A stretch of 64,000 bases of DNA from a virus (IMGVR_UViG_3300028603_000024:1-64000), one strand, 5' to 3'; counted from the first letter of the stretch, positions 9,162 through 18,502 are shown. Made by a program: numbers and translations. The notes: a model not told the origin generated them from the sequence alone.

Positions 9162-11333
9162 CTATTTCCCGACGTCGCCGGGAACCTTGATCTCGTGATC
9201 AACCGCGGCCCTCAAAGACGGTTCGTGGGAGCTGACTATGATCTGCGTACCCTCGCCGGTAACCAGCTCGGGGAACCGTTGCAATAACGACGCGAAGTAC
9301 TCCAAGTGAGCTCGGTTGAGGCCGTACGTAGGCTCGTCCATAACCAGTAAGCCCAAGTCCCGAGCAAAGATACGTTGCACCGCCGCAAGAAAGGAGATGC
9401 ACCATTTGCAAGCCTCGCCGCCCGATAGATCCAGGGTAGGAATCTCGGTTCCATCAACCTTCCGAGCATAAAAATCTCCGTCCCGCAAAAATACGGTAAA
9501 GCCGGCGGAAAACTCTTCCAGAAAAACCTCACACTGCGCCACAATTGTTTTCAGGTAACCCTGAAGAACCCGGTTTGGCAAGCGATCCCGGTGCAGCACC
9601 TGCCGGATCTTCTCAAGCACCCGGCGATACTCCCGCAACTTGCCATTCTTGGCGTTGCAGGCTCGGTGTGCCTCGCACGAAGCCGTCTTCTCCTGTAAGC
9701 TGCGATCCAAGGTGCTGAGTACGGCCATCAAGGGCTCTCGTCGAGCGACCTGTTGCTCGTACAACTTGATACGAGTCTCCGCCGCGGTTACCTCTGACAT
9801 CGCCGGCATGGCAGCCACCGCTTGTCTTACGGCCTCGGTTTGTTCCGTGATCGACGTCAATTGCTGAGTCACAGCCGAAAGGTTCTCTTGCCTGTTCTGC
9901 AACGCCACCTCGCACTGCGTCACCGCCTTGACCGCCTCCTGCCAGGCATTTTCCGAGGCCTGCCACTGAACGACTCGCTCCACGCCGGGGGCCTCGGGGG
10001 GCAAGCCGGACATGAAATCCCGCAAAGCCGTAACCTGGCTCGACCAAGCCTCCTGAGCGGCCTTAAAAGCACTCAGCCGCTTCTCGTAACCCGCCGCTTG
10101 ATTTTCCAGGCTCTGAATGCGGGACTCCAGCTCCTGCAAAGCGCTCTCCGCGGCGGCGGCGTCGTTGTCAAGCTCAGCCTGCCGCTGCGGATCCCGAGGC
10201 CCGGTATGCGACAGGCAGGCGGCGCAAGGCTGCCCGCAGACCGGACACTTTCCCAGCTTGGCGCCGCGATAATCATTCGCCGCAGATCGCTTAGTGCCGG
10301 CCTCGGTCTGCGCCGCCGGTCGCTGTTCGCGGCAAGCGGCCAGTTCGGCGTCCACGTCGGGTCGCTGCTCCTCAAAGGAGGGCTCCGCAGCCAAGGCCTG
10401 ATCCAAACGAGTCCTCTGCTCCAGATACCTCGCATGCTGCCGTTGCAACTCGTTCTGCGTGGCCAGGTTTTGTCTCGCCTCGCGGCCCGCGGGCTCCCGC
10501 TCCGTGAGAACCCGTTGCCACTGGGCCAAAACGTTACCGGCCTCGCCGACGGCGGTCTCAGCAGCGGCCTGCTGTTGCTTCAAGGAGCTCAACTGATCCT
10601 CCAACAGCCTCAACTGTCCCGCCGCTGTCTGGGCCTCGTCTCGTCGACGAAGCAGGAGCCGGTCGGCGGCTTCGTCAAGACCGGCCAGGATCCCGGTGGC
10701 TTCGTTGATCTGACCCCGCACGCCGTCAACCTGGGCTGTCAACTCAGTTACCTCGGCCTCTTCCCGGACAATCATCTCCGAGAGGTCGGGAGCGTCGATG
10801 CGTTCCGCCACACCTCGAAGGGTCTCTCGCACCGGCTCCAGCTGCTCGATCCCGATAAGCCGCATCAAGGCTGCGGTACGATCGGCGTCATCGGCGTAGA
10901 GCAGGTCCCGCAGTCCGCCTTGTTGCACAAACCCATATCGCCGCAACAGGTCGACGTCGACACCAAACAGAGTCTTCTTGGCCTGCGCTATTAAGCCGAC
11001 ATCAGTGATCGGCTCCTGGCCATCCACCGCTAAAGACCACGCCGAGGTGTCCAGGCGACCACTTATGGTTACCTCGCGGTCATCCCGCAGGCGAAAAACC
11101 CCTACGGCGCCGCTGGGCTTGGGCTGCTCCGTGCCGGCGACGCGACGAAACCGGTCCTTGGTCTTGTGAGCGTCGGGAACACGACCCGTGATAAGCCAGT
11201 AGATGGCTCCGAGAACGGTACTCTTACCGCTGCCGATATCGCCGGAGATAAGAACCATACCCTCCGGCGGAAACGACACCGAGGCTCGCTCGATGGGACC
11301 AATGTTGTCGATGGTTAAGCTTACTATCCGCAT
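9162..11333 (-). CDS. sbcC: Rad50/SbcC-like SMC ATPase (gp46-like)
   Basis: Walker A GDIGSGKST, Q-loop VQQG, coiled coil with CPVC hook, LSGGE signature, LLVMDEPT, SSHE. Confidence 0.92.
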   Translation of the reverse strand: MRIVSLTIDNIGPIERASVSFPPEGMVLISGDIGSGKSTVLGAIYWLITGRVPDAHKTKDRFRRVAGTEQPKPSGAVGVFRLRDDREVTISGRLDTSAWSLAVDGQEPITDVGLIAQAKKTLFGVDVDLLRRYGFVQQGGLRDLLYADDADRTAALMRLIGIEQLEPVRETLRGVAERIDAPDLSEMIVREEAEVTELTAQVDGVRGQINEATGILAGLDEAADRLLLRRRDEAQTAAGQLRLLEDQLSSLKQQQAAAETAVGEAGNVLAQWQRVLTEREPAGREARQNLATQNELQRQHARYLEQRTRLDQALAAEPSFEEQRPDVDAELAACREQRPAAQTEAGTKRSAANDYRGAKLGKCPVCGQPCAACLSHTGPRDPQRQAELDNDAAAAESALQELESRIQSLENQAAGYEKRLSAFKAAQEAWSSQVTALRDFMSGLPPEAPGVERVVQWQASENAWQEAVKAVTQCEVALQNRQENLSAVTQQLTSITEQTEAVRQAVAAMPAMSEVTAAETRIKLYEQQVARREPLMAVLSTLDRSLQEKTASCEAHRACNAKNGKLREYRRVLEKIRQVLHRDRLPNRVLQGYLKTIVAQCEVFLEEFSAGFTVFLRDGDFYARKVDGTEIPTLDLSGGEACKWCISFLAAVQRIFARDLGLLVMDEPTYGLNRAHLEYFASLLQRFPELVTGEGTQIIVSSHEPSLRAAVDHEIKVPGDVGK

Positions 11334-11335
11334 AT

Positions 11336-12457
11336 TTAGCCCTTTCTCGGCACAACCTCATTAATTTCCTGCTCGCTCAAACCGCACAGGCGACCCAGTT
11401 TACGGGAAGCCTCCAAGGTGTCCACGTGCGCCAGCAGCATCTCGACGCCGTGATAAACGACTGGATCGGCGTTTCTATCGATCTCGGCGTCGAGGAACAT
11501 CTGCATCGTGATGTCCCCCAGCTTGCCGGCATCAACCCCGTCGAAGGCCTCAACGATCTTGCGACTCTCCTCCGTGACGGGCGATATAAAAACATGCGCC
11601 GTCCCGGCCAAGGCCCGTCGCAGATCCTCGCCGGCGCCGGGTACACGATCGACGTAGCAGGTCACGATCACAATTGGCACCCGCAGAGCTTCTGGCAGAC
11701 CGGGCGTAACGGGATGATCATTGACCCGCCGCACCACCTTCAAGACGTCGTCATCGTCATAGACTCGACACCGCAGCACGGAGCGGGACAGGAACGGCTT
11801 CCACGAAGTGCTCAGATCCTCCCCCACCAGCATGCCGCCGCATTTCTCGTCATCATCGACTCGCGTCAGGTACGGAGACCCGGGATAGAAGAGACGGCGA
11901 CCGTCACTGCCCTTGTGCTCGACGTGCTTGTGAATGTCGCCAACCATGACCAGCTTTACGTGCTCGGGCACGTCACCCATTGAGGCGTGGAAGGTGGCCC
12001 AGCCGAAGGCTTCCCGGAACCGCTGATGGCAAGCCAGAACGTCGCAGTGCTCTGGAACGTTGGCCAGCATCTCCTGGAAGATGCCGCGAGGTCGATAGTC
12101 GATGCCGTAGAGATGATGATCGCCCAGCTGACAACCCGTCGTCGGCAGGTGCCGGACCAGCCGGGCCAGTTCCGGGCTGGTGTCGAGCCAGCTGACGGGG
12201 TCGTGATTTCCTAAGAGATAGTAAACATTGCGACCCTCCGCCAGCAGTTCAGCCAAAGCGGCCTGTACGAGTCGCACGACGCCGTTATCGGGCTTAACGC
12301 TGTGGAAAGTGTCTCCCAGCAGCAACAGGTCGGCCCGAGCGGAAAGACAATGGGCCACGATCTGTTCCAGGGCAAAAGCCGCGTCGCCCGAAACCTCGGG
12401 ACGACCGGACCAGGTGTGATCACGCAGATGCAGATCGGCAGCAACGAATAAGGGCAT
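11336..12457 (-). CDS. sbcD: Mre11/SbcD-like metallophosphoesterase nuclease (gp47-like)
   Basis: ADLH, GDTF, GNHD, GDIH, YPGS motifs; upstream of the SMC ATPase. Confidence 0.92.
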   Translation of the reverse strand: MPLFVAADLHLRDHTWSGRPEVSGDAAFALEQIVAHCLSARADLLLLGDTFHSVKPDNGVVRLVQAALAELLAEGRNVYYLLGNHDPVSWLDTSPELARLVRHLPTTGCQLGDHHLYGIDYRPRGIFQEMLANVPEHCDVLACHQRFREAFGWATFHASMGDVPEHVKLVMVGDIHKHVEHKGSDGRRLFYPGSPYLTRVDDDEKCGGMLVGEDLSTSWKPFLSRSVLRCRVYDDDDVLKVVRRVNDHPVTPGLPEALRVPIVIVTCYVDRVPGAGEDLRRALAGTAHVFISPVTEESRKIVEAFDGVDAGKLGDITMQMFLDAEIDRNADPVVYHGVEMLLAHVDTLEASRKLGRLCGLSEQEINEVVPRKG

Positions 12458-13187
12458 CTATTCTCTCCTCTGTTGTTGGGCCGCGACAGTCGGAGCTGAC
12501 GCGCAGCCGGTGAACATACCTTACCAGGCCGTCGGCATCGAGGTCCCTTAAGGCTCTGTCGTAGCCGGGCCGGTGGCCCAGAAATTGCAAAAGGTTTCGG
12601 GCAGCTTCCTGCCTCTCGGCGCCGGGCATAAACCGCCGCAGGTCGTAAAGATTCAAAGTCTCGCCTTCGGGGTCGTAATCGTCCCAGAAGTCTACGGCCC
12701 CGCTTTGTCGCAGCCACCACTGCTTACAGAGAGCAATAAAGCGAGGCCGTCGCTCCAACAATAAACCGCCAGCCTCGGCAACCACGCAGGGGGAGCCGTA
12801 CTCCCGTAAGTCAGTCAAGTTGTGCAGCACAAAGTTCTTACGACGCGGCCGTCCCTCCGGCAACCAGAAGAAGAGGGCCAGATACTCGGACGAGCCGAGT
12901 CGCCGCAGGAAGGCCTGACCGAGCGCAGAGCTCCGACCTCGTCGGCAGAAGTCCCGCAGTCCGATATGCCGACTGTCCGCAACGGTGAGCGAAGCCAAGG
13001 GACTCGGCAGCAAACTCTCGACGGTCTCATAGAGTCGTTCCAGACCTATCCCGTAGGATGCATCGGGATGACACGTAGGCATCTTCTGCAGTAACGCCGA
13101 AGCACAACTGATGGAATAATAGTCGCCCGAGGTAGTCATAAGCTCTCCGGAGGAGGTAGTTGTACACCGTCCGCCCCAAGGGGGCAA
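12420..13187 (-). CDS. Hypothetical protein (likely start ATG 13139, MTTSGDYY)
   Basis: First ORF of the leftward arm; GGAGAG lies upstream of ATG 13139. Confidence 0.6.
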   Translation of the reverse strand: MPPWGGRCTTTSSGELMTTSGDYYSISCASALLQKMPTCHPDASYGIGLERLYETVESLLPSPLASLTVADSRHIGLRDFCRRGRSSALGQAFLRRLGSSEYLALFFWLPEGRPRRKNFVLHNLTDLREYGSPCVVAEAGGLLLERRPRFIALCKQWWLRQSGAVDFWDDYDPEGETLNLYDLRRFMPGAERQEAARNLLQFLGHRPGYDRALRDLDADGLVRYVHRLRVSSDCRGPTTEERIDALIRCCRSASA

Positions 13188-13489
13188 GGCTGTTTTTTGA
13201 AAAGAAGTAATCGGGGCCTAGGGGGGCGGAAGGTGGTGGGGCGGCGGGCATCGCCCGCCCCCCGCCGCCTGGAGGCCCCCGGCCCCCTACTTTTTGCTTC
13301 GCAAAAAGCCGCCAACGCCACGAGCATCCCCCCGTCGAGTGGACGGCGTGGGATTTATCCCACGGCCAGGGCGTCAGCCGTGCGCGTCTGGGTCAAGGAG
13401 AACCGAGGTCGCCTGGGCGACTGAAGTTCGGGACGAGCGGGCGGTTGAATCGGCAAGAACGAGGCGCTCGACTCGGGCCTTGCGGATCG

Positions 13490-13700
13490 CAATATATATG
13501 TTGTGTCAGCAACTTTTTACTAACCTGTAAAGTTTGCTGACATTTTGTAAAGCCATTTTTACGTACATAACCCTAAAGTGTAAAGTTTGCTGCACAGCAC
13601 TTTTTTCCTACAACTTTGTTGGAAACTTGCTATAAGCAGTTTATAACACAAGACTTTACAGTGCGTCGCCACATGTGCTAGATACGGATAATAGAAAGTC
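13490..13700. repeat. AT-rich non-coding region with TGTAAAG(TTTGCTG) direct and inverted repeats; candidate replication origin
   Basis: TGTAAAG at 13526, 13546 and 13579, inverted ACTTTACA at 13653; imperfect inverted repeat 13504-13520/13527-13542; sharp GC drop. Confidence 0.55.
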
Positions 13701-13705
13701 CCTAA

Positions 13706-14119
13706 CTACTCCCGTACTCGCTTAAAAATGTTAGGGTGCTCCCTAAGCCGGCTTTCAAGGCTCTCCCAAGTCAAAAATTGATAAACTCCGGAGGCCTGTC
13801 TCAGTACCAGACCGGCGACACAGAGTTGTTGAATCCGGTAGTGCACCGTCTGCCTGGTGGTGCCCAGGGTTTCCGCCAACTCTGTGGTGATGACCCGCCT
13901 GTTAAGGGCCTCTCCGGAGCCCCACAGGAGTTCGAGGTAGGTAACTGCAAGAGCTGCACTCATTCCCAGTCGCATCAGCCTCGTCGCCGTCCGCATCGCT
14001 GCGTAGGGCTTAAGAAACCGCTTATCCCGTAGCATGCCACCGATGCGCCACGCATTCGTCGGGAAGGCGTCGAAGCGGTTTTCAGCAATCCTCTTGTTTT
14101 CCACTTGACAGCTCCCCAC
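13706..14119 (-). CDS. Winged helix-turn-helix DNA-binding protein (start uncertain)
   Basis: TTELAETLGTTRQTVHYRIQQLCVAGLV wHTH pattern. Confidence 0.75.
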   Translation of the reverse strand: MGSCQVENKRIAENRFDAFPTNAWRIGGMLRDKRFLKPYAAMRTATRLMRLGMSAALAVTYLELLWGSGEALNRRVITTELAETLGTTRQTVHYRIQQLCVAGLVLRQASGVYQFLTWESLESRLREHPNIFKRVRE

Positions 14120-14176
14120 AAGATGTGGTAGATTTCTGTTATCCTTTCAATAGCCGAGTCCTCGGCCTGCAATCCG

Positions 14177-14212
14177 CGAAACACCCCAAGGCCCATCCCT
14201 TGGGGTGTTTCG
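14177..14212. other. Perfect 15-bp inverted repeat (hairpin)
   Basis: CGAAACACCCCAAGG-N6-CCTTGGGGTGTTTCG. Confidence 0.8.
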
Positions 14213-14381
14213 GCTTATCTCCTTCGATATCCGTGAACATTAACGGAACGAGGCGCCTGCGGCCCCGCTCCTGGTGGTCGTCGCCGGTGCGGGGAAACCA
14301 GATCCCCTCCCAACTTGACGCCGAAAAAAGTCAAGACAGCTATTATTAACCACATCGCACACCTCGTGACAGCAGTAAATT

Positions 14382-14417
14382 AAAAAAGCGGGGCGGGATT
14401 AAACTAACCCCGCCCCG
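14382..14417 (-). terminator. Intrinsic terminator
   Basis: GGGGCGGG/CCCGCCCC stem followed by T6 on the minus strand, just after the 14438 stop. Confidence 0.75.
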
Positions 14418-14437
14418 TGACGCCGATGAAACCTCGA

Positions 14438-14581
14438 TTACTTTCGCCAAGCCTGAATCACTACGAAGGCGATGTAGCCCAAGGCCAGGACGCAGAGAGC
14501 ATCAACAACTGACATCCGCTCCCAGGACCCGACGAGACCGCCAATTAAGCCGATGATTACCATGATATGCCAACCTTGCAT
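14438..14581 (-). CDS. 47-aa protein with two predicted transmembrane helices
   Basis: Not in the track. MQGWHIMVIIGLIGGLVGSWERMSVVDALCVLALGYIAFVVIQAWRK, with SD AAGGAG and a terminator downstream. Confidence 0.7.
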   Translation of the reverse strand: MQGWHIMVIIGLIGGLVGSWERMSVVDALCVLALGYIAFVVIQAWRK

Positions 14582-14594
14582 ATCAGCCACTCCT

Positions 14595-14771
14595 TTACTC
14601 CTCCCGGGGTGTGGGATCCTCGGGACGACTGCCTGGTTCCGATTCTATACGAGTCTGAAAATGAAGCCGGCTGCGGCCGGTGGCGATTCCAGATCGCCTC
14701 CGAGGTCGCTCGCGGGCGTCGCCGTCATTCTCTATTTCCTCAAACCTCTGGCTGTCGTGCGTAATACTCAT
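14595..14771 (-). CDS. 58-aa charged hypothetical protein
   Basis: Not in the track. MSITHDSQRFEEIENDGDARERPRRRSG...PTPREE, with AAGGAAAGG upstream; abuts the SD of the membrane-protein gene. Confidence 0.5.
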   Translation of the reverse strand: MSITHDSQRFEEIENDGDARERPRRRSGIATGRSRLHFQTRIESEPGSRPEDPTPREE

Positions 14772-14801
14772 TTGACCTTTCCTTACAAGTTGTGGTACGA
14801 T
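14772..14801 (+). promoter_or_regulatory. Sigma70-type promoter for terminase
   Basis: TTGACC-N18-TACGAT with an extended TG. Confidence 0.55.
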
Positions 14802-14827
14802 TCGCTGGCATCTTATAGGGAGACACC

Positions 14828-16684
14828 ATGAGATTCGCGGAGTTTCAGAGGACCCGTCATCGAGCCCAGCCTACTCCTATCGTACCACGCGTTGCAACAG
14901 AAGGTGCTGACAAGGCAGATCTAGCTGTTGCCGACCAACCCGCGGACCCGTCTCTCTCGGATCTCAAACTTCGCGAACAAATGAAACAGCTGGGGCGACA
15001 GGCGAAAGAACAGAATAGCTTCGCCTCCGCCTTGCCTTTCATTTTCAGACTCACCCCCAGTCAACCATTCAGCCTCGAGCACTATCCGATGATGCGGATC
15101 TTCTACGACACCAGGCTGCCGGCTAAATCGCTGCTGCGTTCCGGGCGTCAGGTGTCAAAGTCCACAAACCTCGCGGCTAAAGGTCTGACCAAGGACATCT
15201 GTATACCGGACTACAAGCAATTATATGTTCTGCCCCTTTATGAGCAGACCCGGAGATTAAGCGCTAATTATTTCAAGCGGTTCATTGAGAATTCCCCCTT
15301 TCGTGACGCCATCATTGACAGCAGTTGCGAGCGGAATGTGTTGCAAAAAACCATTTCCAACGGTTCGATGTCGATTTTCACCTACGCCCTGCATGACTGC
15401 GATCGCGCACGAGGCATTCCGGCCGATGAACTAAATATTGACGAAGTGCAGGATATGAACTTTGAGTTCCTGCCCATTTTGCGGGAGTGTCTGTCAGCCA
15501 GCCGGTGGCAAACCGAGAATTACGCCGGCACGCCGAAAACGTTGGACAACACGATCTGCAAACTGTGGGGCGACTCCAGCCAGGGCGAGTGGGCCGTGCC
15601 CTGCGAGGCCTGCGGCCACTGGAGCATACCCTCGATGGGCGAGGACCTGATGGCGATGATCGGCAAGAAGGGCCTGGTCTGCGCCAAGTGCGGGAAGCCC
15701 ATTAATACCTACTTGGGGCAGTGGGTTCATAAATTCCCGGACCGCATCTGGCAATTCATCGGCCTGCATATCCCGCAGATTATCGTGCCGATGCATTGCT
15801 GTGATCCCGTCAAATGGGATAAGCTGCTCGAAAAGATCGAGAAGGGAAAACGAAGCACGGTACTAAACGAAGTGCTCGGCGAGGATTGCGACGTCGGCGC
15901 CAAGATGGTCACTATCGAAATCATAAAGAGGGCCAGTAAGCTGCCGTATCGCAATACGCTGGAGGAGGCGGTAGCCTTCTCTCGGAAGCGGGGGCGATAC
16001 CTGATGACCAGCCTCGGGATCGACTGGGGCGGTCGGGGCGAGAAGGGAGATTCCTTGACGGCTTTTGCCGTCACCGGCCTCCGAGGTAACGGCATCACCG
16101 ACGTCTTATATGCGATGCGTCTCTCGATGTCGGCCACCGACGACGAGGAGTTTCAGTGGGCTCGCCGCCTGATGCAGTCCTTCCGCTGTCAGGGTTTCGG
16201 GCACGACTTCCGCGGCGTGGGTCTCTCAAAAGATGCGAGGCTGAAAAGTGAGGGGTATCGAGCGGTGACACCCTGGACCTTCGAGACCGGAAACGCTTCC
16301 TATTTCGCCAAAACTACTCGCGGCCCCGACGGCCGCGTTTTTGTACGCCTCAACAGATCCGCAGCCATTCAACTCCTGACGTTTGAGTTGCGATTCATGC
16401 GGTATCAGCTGCCTCGGTGGGAAGAGGATTCGATGCGGAACCCCTTCCTGGATCTCAACAGTTGGTTCGAGGATACCATGGTACGAGAGGATGGCCGTAA
16501 CATCTATCGAATCATGAGATCAGTGGCCCAGCCGGATGACGTGGGTATGGCTATAATCTACAGCAGCTTTACAAACTTCCGAACCATCAACCGGTGGCCG
16601 AATTACATGAAGACCTTGACCAGCAAGGGCATTATTACGGATCCCAATTTCAATAACCCCGGCGCGGGGGAGGCCTTGGATTAA
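14828..16684 (+). CDS. terL: Terminase large subunit (GpA-like)
   Basis: Walker A SGRQVSKST, ARGIPAD, Walker B LNIDEVQD, GTP motif III, CxxC...CxxC, nuclease motif GIDWG. Confidence 0.9.
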   Translation: MRFAEFQRTRHRAQPTPIVPRVATEGADKADLAVADQPADPSLSDLKLREQMKQLGRQAKEQNSFASALPFIFRLTPSQPFSLEHYPMMRIFYDTRLPAKSLLRSGRQVSKSTNLAAKGLTKDICIPDYKQLYVLPLYEQTRRLSANYFKRFIENSPFRDAIIDSSCERNVLQKTISNGSMSIFTYALHDCDRARGIPADELNIDEVQDMNFEFLPILRECLSASRWQTENYAGTPKTLDNTICKLWGDSSQGEWAVPCEACGHWSIPSMGEDLMAMIGKKGLVCAKCGKPINTYLGQWVHKFPDRIWQFIGLHIPQIIVPMHCCDPVKWDKLLEKIEKGKRSTVLNEVLGEDCDVGAKMVTIEIIKRASKLPYRNTLEEAVAFSRKRGRYLMTSLGIDWGGRGEKGDSLTAFAVTGLRGNGITDVLYAMRLSMSATDDEEFQWARRLMQSFRCQGFGHDFRGVGLSKDARLKSEGYRAVTPWTFETGNASYFAKTTRGPDGRVFVRLNRSAAIQLLTFELRFMRYQLPRWEEDSMRNPFLDLNSWFEDTMVREDGRNIYRIMRSVAQPDDVGMAIIYSSFTNFRTINRWPNYMKTLTSKGIITDPNFNNPGAGEALD

Positions 16685-16722
16685 CCGCTCACCTGCGACG
16701 GTGTAAAGTAATTAACAGCTCC

Positions 16723-16752
16723 TTGACAGCAAGCAACTATTTGATGTATATT
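16723..16752 (+). promoter_or_regulatory. Sigma70-type promoter
   Basis: TTGACA-N18-TATATT in an intergenic AT-rich stretch. Confidence 0.6.
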
Positions 16753-16778
16753 AAAGCTGTGTGGTTAAGGAGCTTCGG

Positions 16779-17054
16779 GTGGCACATTGGAGACTCTGGT
16801 CCGGGCGTCCCGGCACCTATATCCTCCCCGGTATCCCGCCCAACGTTGTTCGCAACTTTGCGATTCCGTTGTCGGGGTCGGCCCTGCGCGTGGCTCAAAA
16901 GCACGGCAGGCTGGCCGATATCTACCCCCAAGCAGACCTCGGCGACCTCTCCCCGCGGCCGGCCGTGCTGGTCGATGACGAGGAGGGCATAGCTGAGTTG
17001 GAAAAAGCGGCGGAAAAAAATCTTGCCACATCGCTCTCTCTGGAGTTATCATAA
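16779..17054 (+). CDS. Hypothetical protein
   Basis: GTG 16779 with AAGGAG SD, in frame with track ORF 16761. Confidence 0.6.
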   Translation: MAHWRLWSGRPGTYILPGIPPNVVRNFAIPLSGSALRVAQKHGRLADIYPQADLGDLSPRPAVLVDDEEGIAELEKAAEKNLATSLSLELS

Positions 17055-17085
17055 AAACATACCATTTCCACGGAAGGAGTTTTTA

Positions 17086-17478
17086 ATGTCACAACCCTTG
17101 GTGCCCTCGATTTTTGCTTCCCCCGTATCCGACATCCTCGCCTCTGCTGAGGGCGGCGATGTAGCGCCGACGCAGTTACAGAAATCGCTTACCCTGGAGA
17201 TTCGAGGCATCCACGAAAATCCCGGTTACTCCCGTCGTAATGGGGACGGTACCGTAACGGCGATGATCGTAGCAGATAACATCGCAGCCCTGCAGCAAGG
17301 GTTTCCCGAGAAGGTGCTTTCGGAGCACGTGGCGGAGCTGGGCATTGCCAATGCCGTATTCTCCGATCTCTCTCACCGTTTCTTCCCAGTCAATCCCGAG
17401 ACCTGCGAGGAGTTGCCGACGGCGGTGCCCCAGTGCCGCTGGGCTACCTGGATCACGATCTCCCCGAGGTGGACCTGA
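17086..17478 (+). CDS. Hypothetical protein
   Basis: ATG 17086 with AAGGAG SD. Confidence 0.7.
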   Translation: MSQPLVPSIFASPVSDILASAEGGDVAPTQLQKSLTLEIRGIHENPGYSRRNGDGTVTAMIVADNIAALQQGFPEKVLSEHVAELGIANAVFSDLSHRFFPVNPETCEELPTAVPQCRWATWITISPRWT

Positions 17479-18011
17479 TGGCCCTTTTCTTTCTCTCCGC
17501 GTGGGAAATACGGGCAGCCAACCCGATACGCGCCCTGTCCCCGGCGGAACAGCGGGAAATACTACGGGTAGCGGAGGATCAGGCAACTCGCCTATCCTTG
17601 TTGCACCTGGTTGGCGTGATTAAAACACATTGCGGCTGTCCCGACCCGACCCGGCAGGAGCTTCTCGATTATCTGCGAGATCTACTTCGCCGGGCCGGCG
17701 AGACGGAGCTGTGGGTTGATATGATCGACGCTCAGTTCATCCAGGCTACTGAGGATACCGTCGGCTTCGACCTTTCCACTATGCAGACGCAGTCTCGCGG
17801 GGAGCCTCCGACGACAGAAGTTCGTCGAGATAATTTCTCTGCGAGCCACCGGAAAGTCCTTGAAATGTTACGGAGAGGGGAAGCTGCTGCAGCTGCTCGT
17901 TCAGCCGAGTCAGCCTTATTCGGATCTGCTCCGTCAAATCCCCAGTCAGCTGCGAGTTCCGAGTCATCGCCGCCTGTAACGTCTGAGGATCCATCGGCTC
18001 CAACGGCTTAA
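17478..18011 (+). CDS. Hypothetical protein
   Basis: TGATG coupling to the previous gene; its 3' end overlaps the convergent gene. Confidence 0.55.
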   Translation: MALFFLSAWEIRAANPIRALSPAEQREILRVAEDQATRLSLLHLVGVIKTHCGCPDPTRQELLDYLRDLLRRAGETELWVDMIDAQFIQATEDTVGFDLSTMQTQSRGEPPTTEVRRDNFSASHRKVLEMLRRGEAAAAARSAESALFGSAPSNPQSAASSESSPPVTSEDPSAPTA

Positions 18012-18498
18012 CTCGAGCAAAGGACAGCATCTGCGGGGGCTGTGTGAAACCCTCCGAGGTGAGAATGGCACCGGCCATGGCTGCAATCTCCGCGGAGAAG
18101 GACGGTTGCGGGAGGTTGCCGTCCTGCATATCGTTTATAAGGGCCTCAACTACGGCCCAAGCCAACTCAGCACCGTCCACGGGATCACTGCCGGTTTCGA
18201 AATTTGCAGCAGAGCCGGAGAGCACGTTACAGATCTGCCAGAAGACGTTTGGATCGGTATAGAAGGCGTCGGTGGTCATAATCGTCAAAATGGCTGCGAG
18301 CTTGTCCCTAGCAATCCCCGACAAGGTCACTCCGAAGTCGGTTTCCAGCTCTTGAAACAACGTTTCCAGTTCCCAGTCAAAACACTCGGCGCCGTAGGCG
18401 TCTACGCATAATACGAGCAGGGCGGTAGCGAAAACGTCGTCCCGGGATAAAAATGAGGCGACACGATCTTTAGCCAGTCCGGTAAAAGCCACATACAT
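17779..18498 (-). CDS. Hypothetical protein, possibly virion-associated
   Basis: AAGGAG SD; acidic globular-looking sequence; follows the K-x-A-rich gene. Confidence 0.75.
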   Translation of the reverse strand: MYVAFTGLAKDRVASFLSRDDVFATALLVLCVDAYGAECFDWELETLFQELETDFGVTLSGIARDKLAAILTIMTTDAFYTDPNVFWQICNVLSGSAANFETGSDPVDGAELAWAVVEALINDMQDGNLPQPSFSAEIAAMAGAILTSEGFTQPPQMLSFARVKPLEPMDPQTLQAAMTRNSQLTGDLTEQIRIRLTRLNEQLQQLPLSVTFQGLSGGSQRNYLDELLSSEAPRETASA

Positions 18499-18502
18499 CT
18501 CC

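Noticed and set aside
9822-10994. 390-aa plus-strand ORF
   Set aside because: Lies wholly antisense to sbcC; typical high-GC shadow with no motifs.
14314-14335. CTTGAC-N10-GTCAAG as divergent promoters
   Set aside because: No -10 box at canonical spacing on either strand; it could be an operator, but support is insufficient.
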